From Mobula birostris (lineage: Eukaryota), in NCBI RefSeq assembly GCF_030028105.1, contig NC_092372.1, positions 170,630,058-170,694,057 on the forward strand: a stretch of DNA of 64,000 nucleotides, in the 5' to 3' direction. The first letter of the stretch is position 1; each line of letters starts with the position of its first letter. The notes beneath the pieces were generated by a model. The model was not told the origin of the DNA, ran no database searches, and saw nothing but the letters and a program-made list of their open reading frames with translations. Of the stretch, positions 13,945 through 26,950 are shown piece after piece. Both the position numbers and the translations under genes were made by a program.

Positions 13945-16808
13945 CAGGGGACATGTCCTGAAGTGCCTTCCTTAAGCATTAATTGTCTCTGGATAGTAAT
14001 AAACTTTGATCATTAAAGGCACATGAAGTTTGCACACACTGACAGAATTTCTGGGCCTGTGGTTAGAGAATGGAAATAAGAGTGGCTTTAAATGCAGACA
14101 GAGCAAAGAGTTAAATTGTACCACAAGGGCAAAATTCAAAAGGCTGAAGAATGAAAGCACTGAAGACATTGTACTTAAATGCGTGTAGCATTCAGAAAAA
14201 GGTGGACAAACTCGTGCTGCGTTTAGAGATTGGTCAATATGACATGGTGAGCATCACTGAGTCATGGCTGAAAGAGGCCAGAGTTGGAAGCTTAACATCA
14301 GAGGATATACTTTGTGTTGAAAGGACAAGCAGAAAGGCATAGGTGGTGGTGTGGCTCTATTGGTAAGAGATGGAATTAAATCTTTAGAAAGAGGTGATAT
14401 AGGATCAGAGAACGTTGAATCCTTGTGGGTGGAATTAAGAAATTGCACGGGTAAAAAAAAATTACGGGAATCATATATAGGCCTCCAAATAGTAGCCAAG
14501 ATTTGGTGTTGAGATTGCAAAGGAAGCTGGAAAAAGCATGTAATAAGAGGAATGACACCAAGTAATGGGGGACTTCAATATGCAATGGGATTGGGAAAAT
14601 CAGGTTTGCGTTGAATCACAAGAGAGGGAATTTGTTGAATGCCTATGAAATGGCTTTTTAGAGCAGCTTGTACATGAGCCTACTTGGGGAAAGGCTATCA
14701 TAGATTGGATTTTGTGTAATAACTCAGATCTTATTAGGGAGCTGAAAGTAAAGGAACCCTTAGGAGGCAGTGATCATAATATGATTGAATTCATTCTGCA
14801 AATTGAGAGGAAGAAGCATATCTCACATGTATCAGCATTGCAGTGGAATACAGGGAATTACAGAGACATGAGAGAGGAGCTTGCCCAGGTGGATTGGAGG
14901 AGGATGCTGGCAGGGATGATGGCAGAGCAGAGATGGCTGAAGAATAGTTCACAAGGAGCAGGATAGATATGTCCCACAGAGGAAGAAGTTCTTAAATGTC
15001 AGGAGTAGGTAACCGTGGCTGACAAAGGAAGTTAAAGACTGCATAAAAGCCAAGGAACGGGCATATAAGGTAGCAAAAGTGAGTGGGAAGTTGGATGATT
15101 AAGAAGCTTTTAAAATCCAACAAAAGGCAACTAACAAAGCTATAAGAAGGGAAAAGATTGAATTTGAGGGCAAACTAGCCAAAAATATAAAGCAGGATAC
15201 CAGAAGCTTTTTCCATTACATAAAGAGTAAAAGGCAAGGAAGGTAAGAGTTGATATTGGACCACTGGAAAATAACGCTAGTGAGGTAGTAATGGGGGACA
15301 AAGACATGGCAGATGAACTTAAAGGGGTCTTCAAATTTGTCTTCACTGGGGAAGACACTGGCAGTATGCCAGAGGTCCATGAGTGTCAGGGAGCAGGAGT
15401 GAGTGCCATTGCTATTACAAGGGAAAAAGTGCTAGGCAAGCTCAAAGGTCTTACGGTGGATAGGTCACCTGGACCAGATGGACTACATCCTAGAGTCCTG
15501 AGAGAGGCTGCTGAGAGATAACGGATGCTTTGGTCAAGACCTTTCAAGAATCACTTGATTCTGGCATGGTCCAGAGGACTGGAAGTTTGCAAATCTCATC
15601 CCACTCTTTAAGAAGGGAAGAAGGAAAAAGAAAGGAAATTATAGGTCTGCTGCATAACCTCAGAGGTTGGGGAAAGTGTTGGAGTCTACTATTTTCAGAA
15701 GGCATTTGATAAGGTGCCACACATAACTGCTTCACAAGATAAAATCCTACGGCGTTGCAGGAAATATACTGGCATGGATAGCAGAATGGCTGACAGGCAG
15801 GAGGCAGCAAGTGGGGATAAAAGGGGTCTTTTCTGGTTGGCTCCCGCTGACTAGTGTTGTTCCTCAGGGATCCGTATTGGGACCACTGCTTTTCACATTG
15901 TTTGTCAGTGATTTAGATAATGGAATTGATGGCTTTGTGGCAAAGTTTGCAGATGATATGAAGATAGGTAGTGCTGAGGAAGCAATGCGATTGGGTAGCA
16001 GATGGAATACAGTGTTGGGAAATGTATAATAACACATTTTGGTGAAAGCAACGATAGTGCAGACTATTATCTAAATGGGGAGAAGGTTTAACCATCAGAG
16101 GTGCAGAGGAGCCCTTGTACAAGTCTCCCAGAAGGTTAATTTACATGTTGAGACTGTGGTAAATAAGGCAAATGCAATGTTGGCATTTATTTCAAGGGGA
16201 ATAGAATATAAAAACAAGGAGATAATGTTCATCCTTTAGAAGACACTAGTCAGGCCACATTTAGAGTATTGTCAACAGTTGTGGGCCCCATATCTCAGAA
16301 AGGATGTGTTGTTATTGGAGAGGGTCCGGAGGAGATTCATGAGGAATTTTCCAGGAATGAAGGGGTTAAGCTAGGAGGAGTGCTTGGCAGCTTTGTGCCT
16401 GTACTCATTGGGATTTAGAAGAATGCATAGGGATGTCATTGAAACCTACCAATGTTGGAAGGACTAGATAGGGTGGATGTGAAGAGGATGTTTCCTATGG
16501 TGAGGATGTCCAGAACCAGAGGGCACAGCCTCAGATCTGAGAGGTGTCCTTTTAGAACAGAGATAAGAAAGATTTTTTTTAGCCAGCGGGTAGTAAATCT
16601 GTGGAATGCTCTGATGAAGGCCAAGTCTGTGGGTAAATTTATGGTGAAGTTGTTGTTTCCCAATTGGTCAGGGCATCAAAGGATATAGTGAGAAGACAGG
16701 TGTATAGGATTGAGTGATATCTGGGATCAGCCATGATGGAATGCTGGAGTAGATTGATGGGCTGAATGGCCTAATTCTGCTCCTGTGTCTTATGGTCTTA
16801 TGGTCTTA
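13945..16808 (+). mobile_element. CR1 LINE, most of ORF2, decayed
   Basis: LYLNACSIQKK..ITESWL (APE), PLGGSDHNMIEF, SPGPDGLHPRVL, VPQGSVLGPLLF, KFADD; tail tcttatggtcttatggtctta. Confidence 0.95.
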
Positions 16809-17060
16809 CACTGTTATCAACCTTCCTCTAACCTGCTCTGCCTCTTGCATAGATGGTGATTGACAACCCAGTGGTTTGTTATATAACCTCATTCTTCAGT
16901 ACCCAATCCTGCCGAACGTTATTCACCTTTGAGACACAGATGCAATAAACCAGGTGATTCAGAAGCTCGAGCTGGATTCACCCTGTCTCCCCCTCACCTA
17001 CTTGGTCCAAGTGCTGAGATCTGAATGAAATAGTTCCCCACCTCCAACATCCTGGAGGAG

Positions 17061-17350
17061 ATTTATTTATTTATTTTATTTTATTAGGGATAGGGCGAGG
17101 GACAGGCCCTTCCAACCGTTCGAGCCACCCCGCCCTGCAGCCAACCAATTTAACCCCAGTCTAATCACGGGACAACTTACAATGACCAATTGACCTACTA
17201 ACCGGGACGTCTCTGGACTGAGGGAGGAATCTGCAGCACCTGGAGGAAATCTACGCACACGGGAGAGGAATGTATGAACTTGCTTACACAGGACACTGGA
17301 ATTGAACTCTGAACTCCAATGACTCAAGCTGTTGCTCTAACCACAGGCTG
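17061..17350 (-). mobile_element. V-SINE (HE1-like)
   Basis: Minus strand: B-box-like gagttcaattcc, V-domain tttcctccaggtgctgcagattcctccctcagtcc, CR1-like 3' end gaagggcctgt and (taaa)n tail. Confidence 0.85.
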
Positions 17351-19464
17351 AACTGACAGCCATTATCAGGGGAAAATGATGACAGGAAGTGGGTCTGTGA
17401 TCCCCAAAGACTGCTGGCACAATTTGACTACCTTTGTAACAAGTTTCAAATTTTTAATTCCATTGAGATTGATTTAAATAATTTTTAAAAATAAAATTGG
17501 GGACAAAATAACATACATTCATGCACCAAGAAACAGTTAAAAAATAAAGTAAAATAACTTTTTTAAAAGATGACTAAAGTTACTTTTTTCAATGTAATTT
17601 ACTGGTAATGGAATCCCCATTCAAAACACTGAGATCACTTGATACTGAACTTGAGAGTGGATTTCCCAGCACAGCCATTGGATTCTGCCTTGAGTCTGGC
17701 ATTGAATGAAGCAAAGTAGTGGCCATGTCAGCACATTTCAGACTTACAGAAGGTCCACAACTTACCAAGGAACAGCAGAATGTTGACAGTTCCTTTTGGA
17801 ACCATCAGACACAGCCAGCTCAATGTGGGCTAACGTCTCTTCTTTCTCATGTGCCTCATTGACCTTTCTTGATGATTAAAGACTTTTACTTCTCTCTCCT
17901 TTCTCCCATACTTCTCTTGTAGCCTCTGGATCTTTCCAACTGTCCTTATAAAATAGCACATGTCTGGGAATTTCTTCTTGTCTATCCTACTTGAAATCAC
18001 TGATCTGTAATCAGCTCTTCTCCTGATGTCTGAGCCAACCAGGAACAGTTTTTGCTTTAGCCCAAGTTTCCAACTGAGTCATTTTGCATTGATATTAACA
18101 TTCACTAATACAACCTGTTCCACCATGTGCGTATAATGGCTGCCTGTCTTCACCTAAGTAAGTCCGAAAACCACCTCTTTTCACCCTTTTACCAGCTTAT
18201 TGACACTACTTTTTCCACAAGTTATGCAATATGATGTATTTAGTTTCCCTTTCCTCTTTCAACCTAATTCTGTGCATAGGAGCAAGCTCACAGTCTCCGT
18301 TTATGTTAAGTTTTATACCTTTGTTTGTAGGCATCAACCATAAAATGCCAGCTCTCGTCCAGTAATCACATCAAATCACTTCTGTGCCTTTTGCACCATC
18401 TCCACCCCACTCATTGCGAGAGGTACTGTACTTAACATTTCATTCATCTCCATCCTATAATCAAAAGTTAAAAACTTCATTGTCGTTGATTTAGCATTTT
18501 AGATTAGCAGCTCTTTCAAGTTTTCAAAAGCCAATTTGTGGCATAATCCTGGCTTGTCTGATTCACTTGCTCAGTTTGTCCTGGCAGCAGGGAGCTTCAG
18601 TGCATTTATACACATGAGGAAATGACAGGTAAGCTGCCCTTGATTTCCTGACTTGCACTGTCAGGGAGCGAAATCCCCTGCTGGGTCTGGGAAGCACAAA
18701 ATGGATTAATTCCAATTACAATGAGAGAAGGAGAAAACTAAGATGGCTCCAATCCGCAGACATAACACAAAATATGCATCAAATTACTGTGAATTTTGAG
18801 GGAATTTATAGCAATCCTGCAGCATCCATTCTGACTTCAACTATCATTTGCACTCAAATTATCGTAAAAGCCATTTACAAATTAATGAAGTGACTGTATG
18901 AGAGAAAATAATTAATTATTACTGTTGAGATTTTCATTTCAATAACCAGACAGTGAGAGCTGTTGCTAAGCTATCTCTGAAGTGTCTATATTACAAGTTT
19001 GCTGAGGTTAGTATTCTTTTAATATATATTTCTAAACATCTCCTCAGTCCCTGTGATGTTCTCAAGTAAGAAATTGGAAACAGGATTAATATTTTTCAAA
19101 GAAAACTGAAGACTGAGACATTACACGGAGTAGATGTGGTGTTGTGAGGTGTCAGATCAACAACAATTATCCTGCCCTCTGCAGTAGGGGGCTGTGGATT
19201 TGTTAATTACTCTGACCTCATCTAATTTCTGATTTCCCTGTTTTAAACTTGGACCCAGTGGAAGATAGGAGGTGCATATAGAGAGCGGGAATTAAAGATT
19301 AGTGACCGTTGGCTTTTGTTGGCAATGCTTTGTGGCTTGTGGAAGAGGCAAATCTGGCAAGCAGATTTGGGAAATTTGGGAAACCTAAGGTTTGGGAAAT
19401 GGAGAATTATTCCTAATACTCCTGGCCAATAGGAAATCAGTTTCTTTTATGTATAGGCAGAAGA

Positions 19465-19668
19465 TGTTGCAAGCACACACAAGTCATGCAGCACCTCTGG
19501 AAAGAGAAAAAATGTTAACATTCCAAGTAAAAGACCGTTTATCAGAACCCATAAAAGGTCTATGACCCGAAACCTTAAAACTGTTTCGATTTCTACAGAT
19601 GCTGCCTGACCTGTGAGCATTGTCAGTATTTTCTTTTTTATTGTTAATTCAGATTTCCAGCATCTATT
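19465..19668. mobile_element. Old Penelope-derived fold-back element
   Basis: gacccgaaac...ctacagatgctgcctgacctg...cagatttccagcatct with an upstream inverted counterpart. Confidence 0.7.
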
Positions 19669-19904
19669 GTGTTGATGTTCCTTTTATTTAAGGCTGCATG
19701 TGGTAATGACTTTATCCTTAAAGCTTCATAATGTTTGGAAATTGATCCAAGTCCAGAAATACATCCATTCCTACCTCCAACTCCTTATTTCAAAAATATA
19801 TTTCATTCATAAAATAGTTACATAAATAAGCCTGTCACTACACTGAGAAGTTTTTCCATTGGCTTTCACTGGATACAATGTGTCATCATGTCTCCAATGT
19901 TTAA

Positions 19905-22455
19905 TTCCCAACTGTTGTGCTTTTTTGTTTCATGGAGACTTGGCTATCTCCCGCCATTCCAGATGCAGCTCGCTGGCTTCACAATTCACTGCCAAATGAG
20001 GAAGGCTGAGGCTTTCAAAGGTAGAGGAGGTGGAGTATGCTTTATTATTAATTCCTCATGGTGCTCACCTGACCTGGAACATTAAGCGATCAAGTGCAAT
20101 CGATTTTATCTGCCATGGGAGTTTTCAGGCATCATCTTGGTAGTGGTGTACATTTTACCTAGGCTCGGGTCAAACAGGCTCCGGACAAACTGAGACAGGC
20201 GACAGGCCCCAATGCAGTGTCTGGCAGGACTCTGAAAGGTGTTCAAAGTGAGGGTGTTCAAAGACATTTTCAATCTCTCATTGCTACAGTCATAAGTTCC
20301 CACCTGCTTTAAAAGGGCAAGAATCATACGATTGCCCAAGAAGAGCAGGAGGAGCTGCCTTAATGACTATGGTCCAGTAGCACTCACATCTAAGATGATG
20401 AAGTGCTTTGGAAGGTTGATTATGGCTAGAATTAACCCCTGCCTCAGTAAGGACCTGGACCTGCTGTAATTAGCCAGTTGCCATAATAGGTCTACAGCAG
20501 ATGCAATCACATTTGCTTATCACACAGTCTTGGATTACCTGGACAACACTAATATTTAAGTCGTGATGCTGTTTATTAACTGCAGCTCAGTGTTTAACAC
20601 AATTATTCCTGCAGTTCTGATCAAAAAGCTCCAAAACCTGGCTCTCTGTAACTCAGCTTCCTCACTGGAAGACCACAGTCTGTGGGTATCAGAAATAACA
20701 TCTTCACCTCATTGATAATCAACACAGGCACACCTCAAGGATGTGTGCTTAGCCCACTGCTCTACTCTCTCTGCACCCATAATCGTGTGACTAAGCACAA
20801 TTCAAATGCCATCTATACATTTTCTGATGTCACAGCTATTGTTGGCAGAATTTCAGATGCTGATGAGAAAGCGTACAGCAGCGAGATAGATCATCTGGTT
20901 GAGTGGTGTCACAGCAACAACCTTGCACTCAACGTCAAAAGGACCAGAGAATTGATAGTGGATTTCAGAAAGGGTAAGATGAGAGATCACACCCCAGTCC
21001 TCATCAAGAGATCGGAAGTGGAAAGGGTGAGCAATTTCAAGTTCCTGGGTGTTATTTAAATGGGGAAAGAATTCAAAGTTCTGAGATGCAACGGGACTTG
21101 GGAGTCCTCATACAGGATACCCTTAAGGTTAACCTCCAGGTTGAGTCAGTAGTGAAGAAGGCGAATGCAATGTTGGCATTCATTTCTAGAGGAATGGAGT
21201 ATAGGAGCAGGAATGTGATGTTGAGGCTCTATAAGGCACTGGTGAAACCTCACTTGGAGTACTGTGGGCAGTTTTGGTCTCCTTATTTAAGAAAGGATGT
21301 GCTGACGTTGGAGAGGGTACAGAGAAGATTCACTAGAATGATTCCGGGAATGAGAGGGTTAACATATGAGGAACGTTTGTCTGCTCTTGGACTGTATTCC
21401 TTGGAGTTTAGAAGAATGAGGGGAGACCTCATAGAAACATTTTGAATGTTGAAAGGCATGGACAGAGTGGATGTGGCAAGGTTGTTTCCCATGATGGGGG
21501 AGTCTAGTACAAGAGGGCATAACTTAAGGATTGAAGGGCGCCCATTCAGAACAGAAATGCGAGGAAATTTTTTTAGTCAGAGGGTGGTGAATCTATGGAG
21601 TTTGTTGCCACGGGCAGCAGTGGAGGCCAAGTCATTGGGTGTATTTAAGGCAGAGATTGATAGGTATCTGAGTAGCCAGGGCATCAAAGGTTATGGTGAG
21701 AAGGTGGGGGAGTGGGACTAAATGGGAGAATGGATCAGCTCATGATAAAATGGCAGAACAGACTCGATGGGCCAAATGGCCAACTTCTGCTCCTTTGTCT
21801 TATGGTCTTATGCTCTTAACATCTCTGAGGATCCATCCTGGGCCCAACACATCGATGCAGTTACAAGGAAGACAGAGGCTATAATTCATTACGGGCTTGA
21901 GGAGATCTGCTATATCACCAAGGCCACTCAGAAATTTCTACAGATGTACCCTGTAGAGTATTCTAACTAGTTCCATCAACGTCTGGTATGGGGGTGCTAC
22001 TGCACAGGAACAAAATAAGCCGCAGAAAATTGTAAACAGTCAGCTCTATCATGCATCTATCTAGCCTCTCCAGCAACCAGGACGTCTTCAAGGAGCAATG
22101 CCTCAGAAAGGCAGCCTCTATCATTAGGGACCCCCATCACCCAGGCCATGCCCTCTTCTCATTGCTACCATCAAGGAGGAGGTACAGGAGCATGAAGGCA
22201 TGCACCCAACAACTTAAGAACAGCTTCTTCCCCTCTGCCATCAGATTCCTGAATGGACATTGAACCCATGAAGACTACCTCACTACTACATTTTCTCTTT
22301 TGCACTACTTATTTAATTTAAATTTAAATATATATATATATAACCTTTACTGTAATTTAACATTTTTACTTTAATTATTGCAATGCACTACTGGCACATA
22401 ACAACAAGTTTCACAACATATACTAGTGATATTAAATTGATTCTGATTCTGATTC
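19905..22455 (+). mobile_element. Rex1/Babar LINE, internally deleted and split by a CR1 insertion
   Basis: GRGGGVCFIINSSWC, FYLPWEFS, LNDYGPVALTS..MKCF, NTGTPQGCVLSPLLYSL, FKFLGV, RKAASIIRDPHHPGHALFSLLPS.RRYRS; (attctg)n tail. Confidence 0.92.
21056..21816 (+). mobile_element. Relatively young CR1 3' fragment inserted in Rex1
   Basis: ORFs 21086-21445 and 21446-21721 are separated by a single stop; flanks rejoin the Rex1 frame FKFLGV/NISEDPSW. Confidence 0.95.
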
Positions 22456-22794
22456 CATCAGTGAAATGTTTGTGAGGCCATCGCCAGCCCTTGGCTGCCC
22501 GGTAACAGGAGAGCCCTGTGCGTGGACTTTCCCTCAGCACGTTCTCCTGCAGTATGGAACATGCCAACTGACTGCACTCAGTTGCAAACAATTACTTACA
22601 TGGGAAGACTAATGAGTTTCAGGCAGACCAAAGTGCAACTTCACTCAGCAGCTCGGTATGTGTCTGTCCCTGGAAACAGACCGTAGAGTGCAGAGCCCTG
22701 TGTTATACAGCCACTCTGAACCAACATCAGCAGCTCTTTCCAGACCTTCTTGGCAAGCACATCGTCCACAAGGATGATATATGTTTGATGGTCA

Positions 22795-23432
22795 CATACG
22801 CACCACATATTCTGAGAAGTTTGTGGAGATCTGGCAGGTCACCAAGAACATTGACAAATTGCAATAGACATACTGTGGAGAGTATCCCGACCGGTGGCAT
22901 CATGGCCTGGTATGGAAACACCAAAATCTAGGAATAGAAGAGGCTACAGAAAATTATGGATACATCCCAGACCATCACAGGCAAAGCCCTCCCTGCCATT
23001 GAGTACATCACATCTACATGGAATGCTTCCAAATGAAAACAGCATCTGTCATCAAAACCTCCCACCCTCCAGGCCACATCCTCTTCTCACTACTAACATC
23101 AGGCCACCAGATTTAGGAACAATTATTACCCTCAGACTATTGAACCAGCATGCGTAACTTCATTTACCATTACTCTGAACTGACTGTACAACCCACAGAC
23201 TCCCTTTCAAGGACTCTTTAACACTCATGTTCTTAGTAGTGTTTTTATTTGCAGTTTGCCTTCTTTTGCACATTGGTTATTTGCCAATCTTTCTCTGTTT
23301 ATGTATATTTTTCAGTAAAATTCTTGTATATTTTTTTACTGTAAATGCCTGGAAGAAAATCAGTCTTAAGCTGGTATATGGTAACATATAGGTACTTCGA
23401 TAATAATTTTACTTTGACATTTGAACTTTGAT
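22795..23432 (+). mobile_element. Rex1/Babar 3' fragment
   Basis: KTLTNCNRHTVESIPTGGIMAWYGN; tail ataattttactttgacatttgaactttga. Confidence 0.85.
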
Positions 23433-23632
23433 ACTTCGAGAGCAGTGCATACTGGGACTGAACCTTCAGCTCTAGGTGAAGGATTGGCAAGGAAGGTCCT
23501 TCTTGCCAGCAGCCAAATGTGTAAATGATACTTGTGCTCAGGTATTCGGTCAGATGACTTTTACATATACCATATTCTCCCACAAGTATATATATATATA
23601 TATCTCCCCCTGCAAAGGAAGTCCTTGTGTGA

Positions 23633-23666
<34 letters not shown>

Positions 23667-23948
23667 CCGCCCCCCCCTCCCCCCCTCAATGCTGTCAGAG
23701 GATGGTGCCGGAGTCCAGTGCCTTGGGCAAGGTTTAATTGATACGGTTTGTGGATTGGACTATGTAGTCCACACTATGATGTGTTTCTGGTTTTTAGTTT
23801 CTCCTTTTTTTGCTGCTATTTTGGGCGACTTTGTATTGGGAAAGGCTGTGGATAATGAACACTGAACTGAACTGAATATGCCTGAGCAACACACATCAAA
23901 GTTGCTGGTGAACGCAGCAGATCAGGCAGCATCTCTAGGAAGAGGTAC

Positions 23949-23984
23949 AGACGACATTTCAGGCCGAGACCCTTCGTCAGGAGT
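23949..23984 (-). ncRNA. Minimal hammerhead ribozyme motif on the opposite arm
   Basis: Minus strand actc-CTGACGA-agg gtctcgg cct-GAAA-t-GTC-gtct: catalytic core intact, stem I mismatched. Confidence 0.62.
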
Positions 23985-23985
23985 T

Positions 23986-24021
23986 AGTCCCGACGAAGGG
24001 TCCCGGCCTGAAACGTCGACT
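23986..24021 (+). ncRNA. Minimal type-I hammerhead ribozyme motif (one core substitution)
   Basis: agtc-CCGACGA-agg gtcccgg cct-GAAA-c-GTC-gact: stem I agtc/gact, stem II agg/cct, palindromic stem III, GUC cleavage triplet; CUGA reads CCGA. Confidence 0.7.
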
Positions 24022-24763
24022 GTACCTCTTCCTAGAGATGCTGCCTGATCTGCTGCGTTCACCAGCAACTTTGATGTGTGTTGCTTGAATTTCCAGCATC
24101 TGCAGAATTTCTCGTGTTTGCGTGAATATGCCTGAACCCTCCCAATTTTGTGTTTTATATTCTGTGTTTTTTGCTATTTTTTGTTGCCATTAGCACAATT
24201 AGATTTTTTTAGCACTGGGGGGAAATTAGATGTTTTTCTAAGAATGGTTTCCACGGGTTTTTTTTGTGGCTGTCTGTGGGAAGATGAGTGTCAGGGCTGT
24301 ACGCTGCATACATACTTTGATAATAAATGTACTTAGAATCTTTGAATACAGGAAGCCTTTAACTTTAATGCTGCAATTCTTGGCATTATTACCTTCCTTG
24401 TGCCCATATCCTTCCTGATGGATTTGTCAGGCAGAGTCTCTTGGTGCTTGTGTATCCAAGCTCTGTGCATAGCTTGATGCAACCACACACAAAGTGTCCA
24501 TCTGGATGATTCAATTCAAATTTAATTTAAATATTGTTGTCAAGTGTAAATTCTTTATCCTGTTGATTGATTATTAATGACAAGAATGAGAAGTTGCATT
24601 CTGAGGAGAGCTCTGGTACTAGGATAAGTTTCATCAAGCTGGAGAAGGTGAAGAGACTGCATAGAATTGAGAAAAAAATTAAAAGAGTGAATAGGGACAT
24701 ACACTTTTATTTGATTTAAGATGTCAAAGAATCAAAGAGCCAGCATACTGCACAACACAAAAG

Positions 24764-25480
24764 TTCAAGATCAAGTTTAATTGTCATTCAACCATACAGT
24801 TGAATACAGCCAAGTGAAACAGCATTCTCTGGGGTCAAGGTACAAAACACAGAACCAACAGTCATACCCAGCACACAGAACGTACAGTACATATGATTAT
24901 GACAGCAGCAAAACATAGCTACAAAAAGAATTTGGGAAAGTAATAATATTGCCCAAGTCCCTGAGTGTCATAGCCTGTAGATTGATGTTGCACAGATGTT
25001 GTCCTGAAGCCACGTTTCTGCAAGAACAAGTCTGTAGCACTTCCTCATATTGCATAGTGAAGCCTTAGATGAATGCAATCCAGCTTGTCTCCCACTGAGC
25101 AAGATCTGGAGAGCTGCACCGATGGGAGAGGCAGCCTTCAAGCCAGCACAGAATCCAGCAGCATGCAGCCAGCTCCAGTATCGCCTTCCTTTTCAGCCAC
25201 AACAAGTGACCCCAAGGCATGCATGAGGCCTGGTTCACACCACAACCAAGGCCTCAAAGCTCCGCCGCTGGCTGTCTCACCAATGAACTAGTGAATCTGA
25301 CACGCAGTATTCTAAATCACCAATGTCCAACAGAGTCTTGCAATCACAATAAAAACATCCAAGACAAAGACAATCACCCACTCATCAATCAGTCCATTGG
25401 ATCATGCACTGCCGTTGAAGGTACCTTCTTCCCCAGGTGGCAGAAGCTGGCTATGACACAATGTGTAACACATCCGGCTC
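24764..25480 (-). mobile_element. Non-autonomous non-LTR element
   Basis: ttcaagatcaagtttaattgtcattcaacc...cattctctggggtcaaggtacaaaac end is shared with 63925-64000; no ORF. Confidence 0.6.
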
Positions 25481-26049
25481 TGACACTATCCAGCATTGCA
25501 CTAATGGGGTACACCTGCAGTACTTGATGCAAAAAGCAGTGTAAAGGTTCAAATTGTCCAATTCTTCCAAATCCTCTGCACCTTTCTATGTACCTATATA
25601 TTTCTCTATTCCAGTATTCACCTCGTTCTCTGTTGAACATTACTTTGAAGTCTGCTTGGTTCAACCTTAGTCTAAAATGGCACAACCTTTCCAGACTATT
25701 AATTCTTTCTCTATAGACTTAAGTGCTCCCAAAATCTCCATTTTTATTTTACACTTTCTGCAGTCAAAGTGTTTTGCTCTTCACTTAAAAGGCTCAACTA
25801 ATTTCAGGGTGAGTCAGGTCTTCACAGAATTTCAACCTGCTGTTTGCATCTTACTAGAAAATGCAGTTTCCTTGGCAATAGGATTCTGGAAGAAAATGCC
25901 AACAAATAGCAGAGATGGTGCAATGTAAGAGGTCCTGCATTTTTTTCCTAAATATGCTGGTTACTTACCATATTGCTGCTCCCATCCACAGTGGATAAAT
26001 GGTGAACAAAGCTATCATAACAGCACTGTTCAATGTATTCAAACTTCAA

Positions 26050-26950
26050 CTATACAATTACAATATTTAAAAGACATTTAGTTAAGTAAATAGACAGGAA
26101 AGGTGTAAACAGATAGGTGTCTAATGCAGGCAAGTGGGACTAGTGTAGACATCTCTGTCAGCATGGATGAGGTGCAAAATAAGGGCCCATTCTTGTGCTG
26201 TGATGTCATAAACAATGCCCATAGATCAACAGTTAAAATATCTGAAATTCTGTGGACAATTCATTTATTTTGTAATTTATAGTAATTTTCATGTTTTTAC
26301 CCTGTACTGTACTGCTTCTGCAAAACAACAAATTTCACAGTATATAAATCAGTGATAATAAACCCGATTCTGATTTCGTTGAGTTCATTTGCAAGGAAGA
26401 TATGATCATTGTTTTTATAAAACAGAGAGCCACATTTTTCAAAAGATGAAAAAGGTTTAGAGAGAATACTTGGAATTTTAATCCAGAATGATTCCAGGAA
26501 TGGTGGATTTCAGTTACCTGGAGCATGTAGTGGAAAAGCTTGCACCATGTTCCCTGAAACCAGAGAGGTTTTGAGAGAATCAGATGACGATTTAAAATGA
26601 TGAAGTATTTCAGACATTAAATAGAAAGAAACTGTTCCCTTTGTTGGACAGCTCAAAGATAGATAGACAGAAACTGATTGACTAAACAGTCAACGTCAAC
26701 ATGTGAAAACACTTCTCTCAGCAGTGATTGATTGGGTCTGGAACGTATTGCCAGTGATAGGAGTAGAGGCAGATGTGGTTGTAGTGTTTAAAGGGGAGCT
26801 GGGTATTTATCTGTAGGAGAATTTGCAGGGCAATGGAGAAAGAATGGGAGAGGAGGTGGAAAAGGCTCTATTGCTCTTCTGTATAACTAGTGTAGACGGA
26901 AAGAAACAAAAATCCTCTTGGTCCACTGTAACCTACTGTGATTTTGTGCT
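26050..26950 (+). mobile_element. Old CR1 3' fragments with an interposed Rex1-type tail (26245-26375)
   Basis: atttaaaagacatttag...ctaatgcaggcaagtgggactagtg; agaatgattccaggaatg; gtctggaacgtattgcc; interposed tail ends aaacccgattctgatt. Confidence 0.65.

Larger units (their letters stand above)
23886..24122. mobile_element. Penelope-derived palindromic element with 13-bp TSD
   Basis: About 98-bp inverted arms 23885-23982 and 23988-24085 around a 5-nt loop, followed by a short unpaired end; TSD tgaatatgcctga at 23873-23885 and 24123-24135. Confidence 0.93.
23640..24345 (+). mobile_element. Non-autonomous non-LTR element with Rex1-like 3' tail, split by a Penelope hairpin
   Basis: Tail ctcagggctgtacgctgcatacatactttgataataaatgtacttagaatctttga resembles the 23360-23430 tail; no coding similarity. 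Confidence 0.55.

Noticed and set aside
23586-23690. (TA)n, (TC)n and C-run, with overlapping ORFs of 129 and 69 aa
   Set aside because: Simple repeats producing spurious low-complexity ORFs
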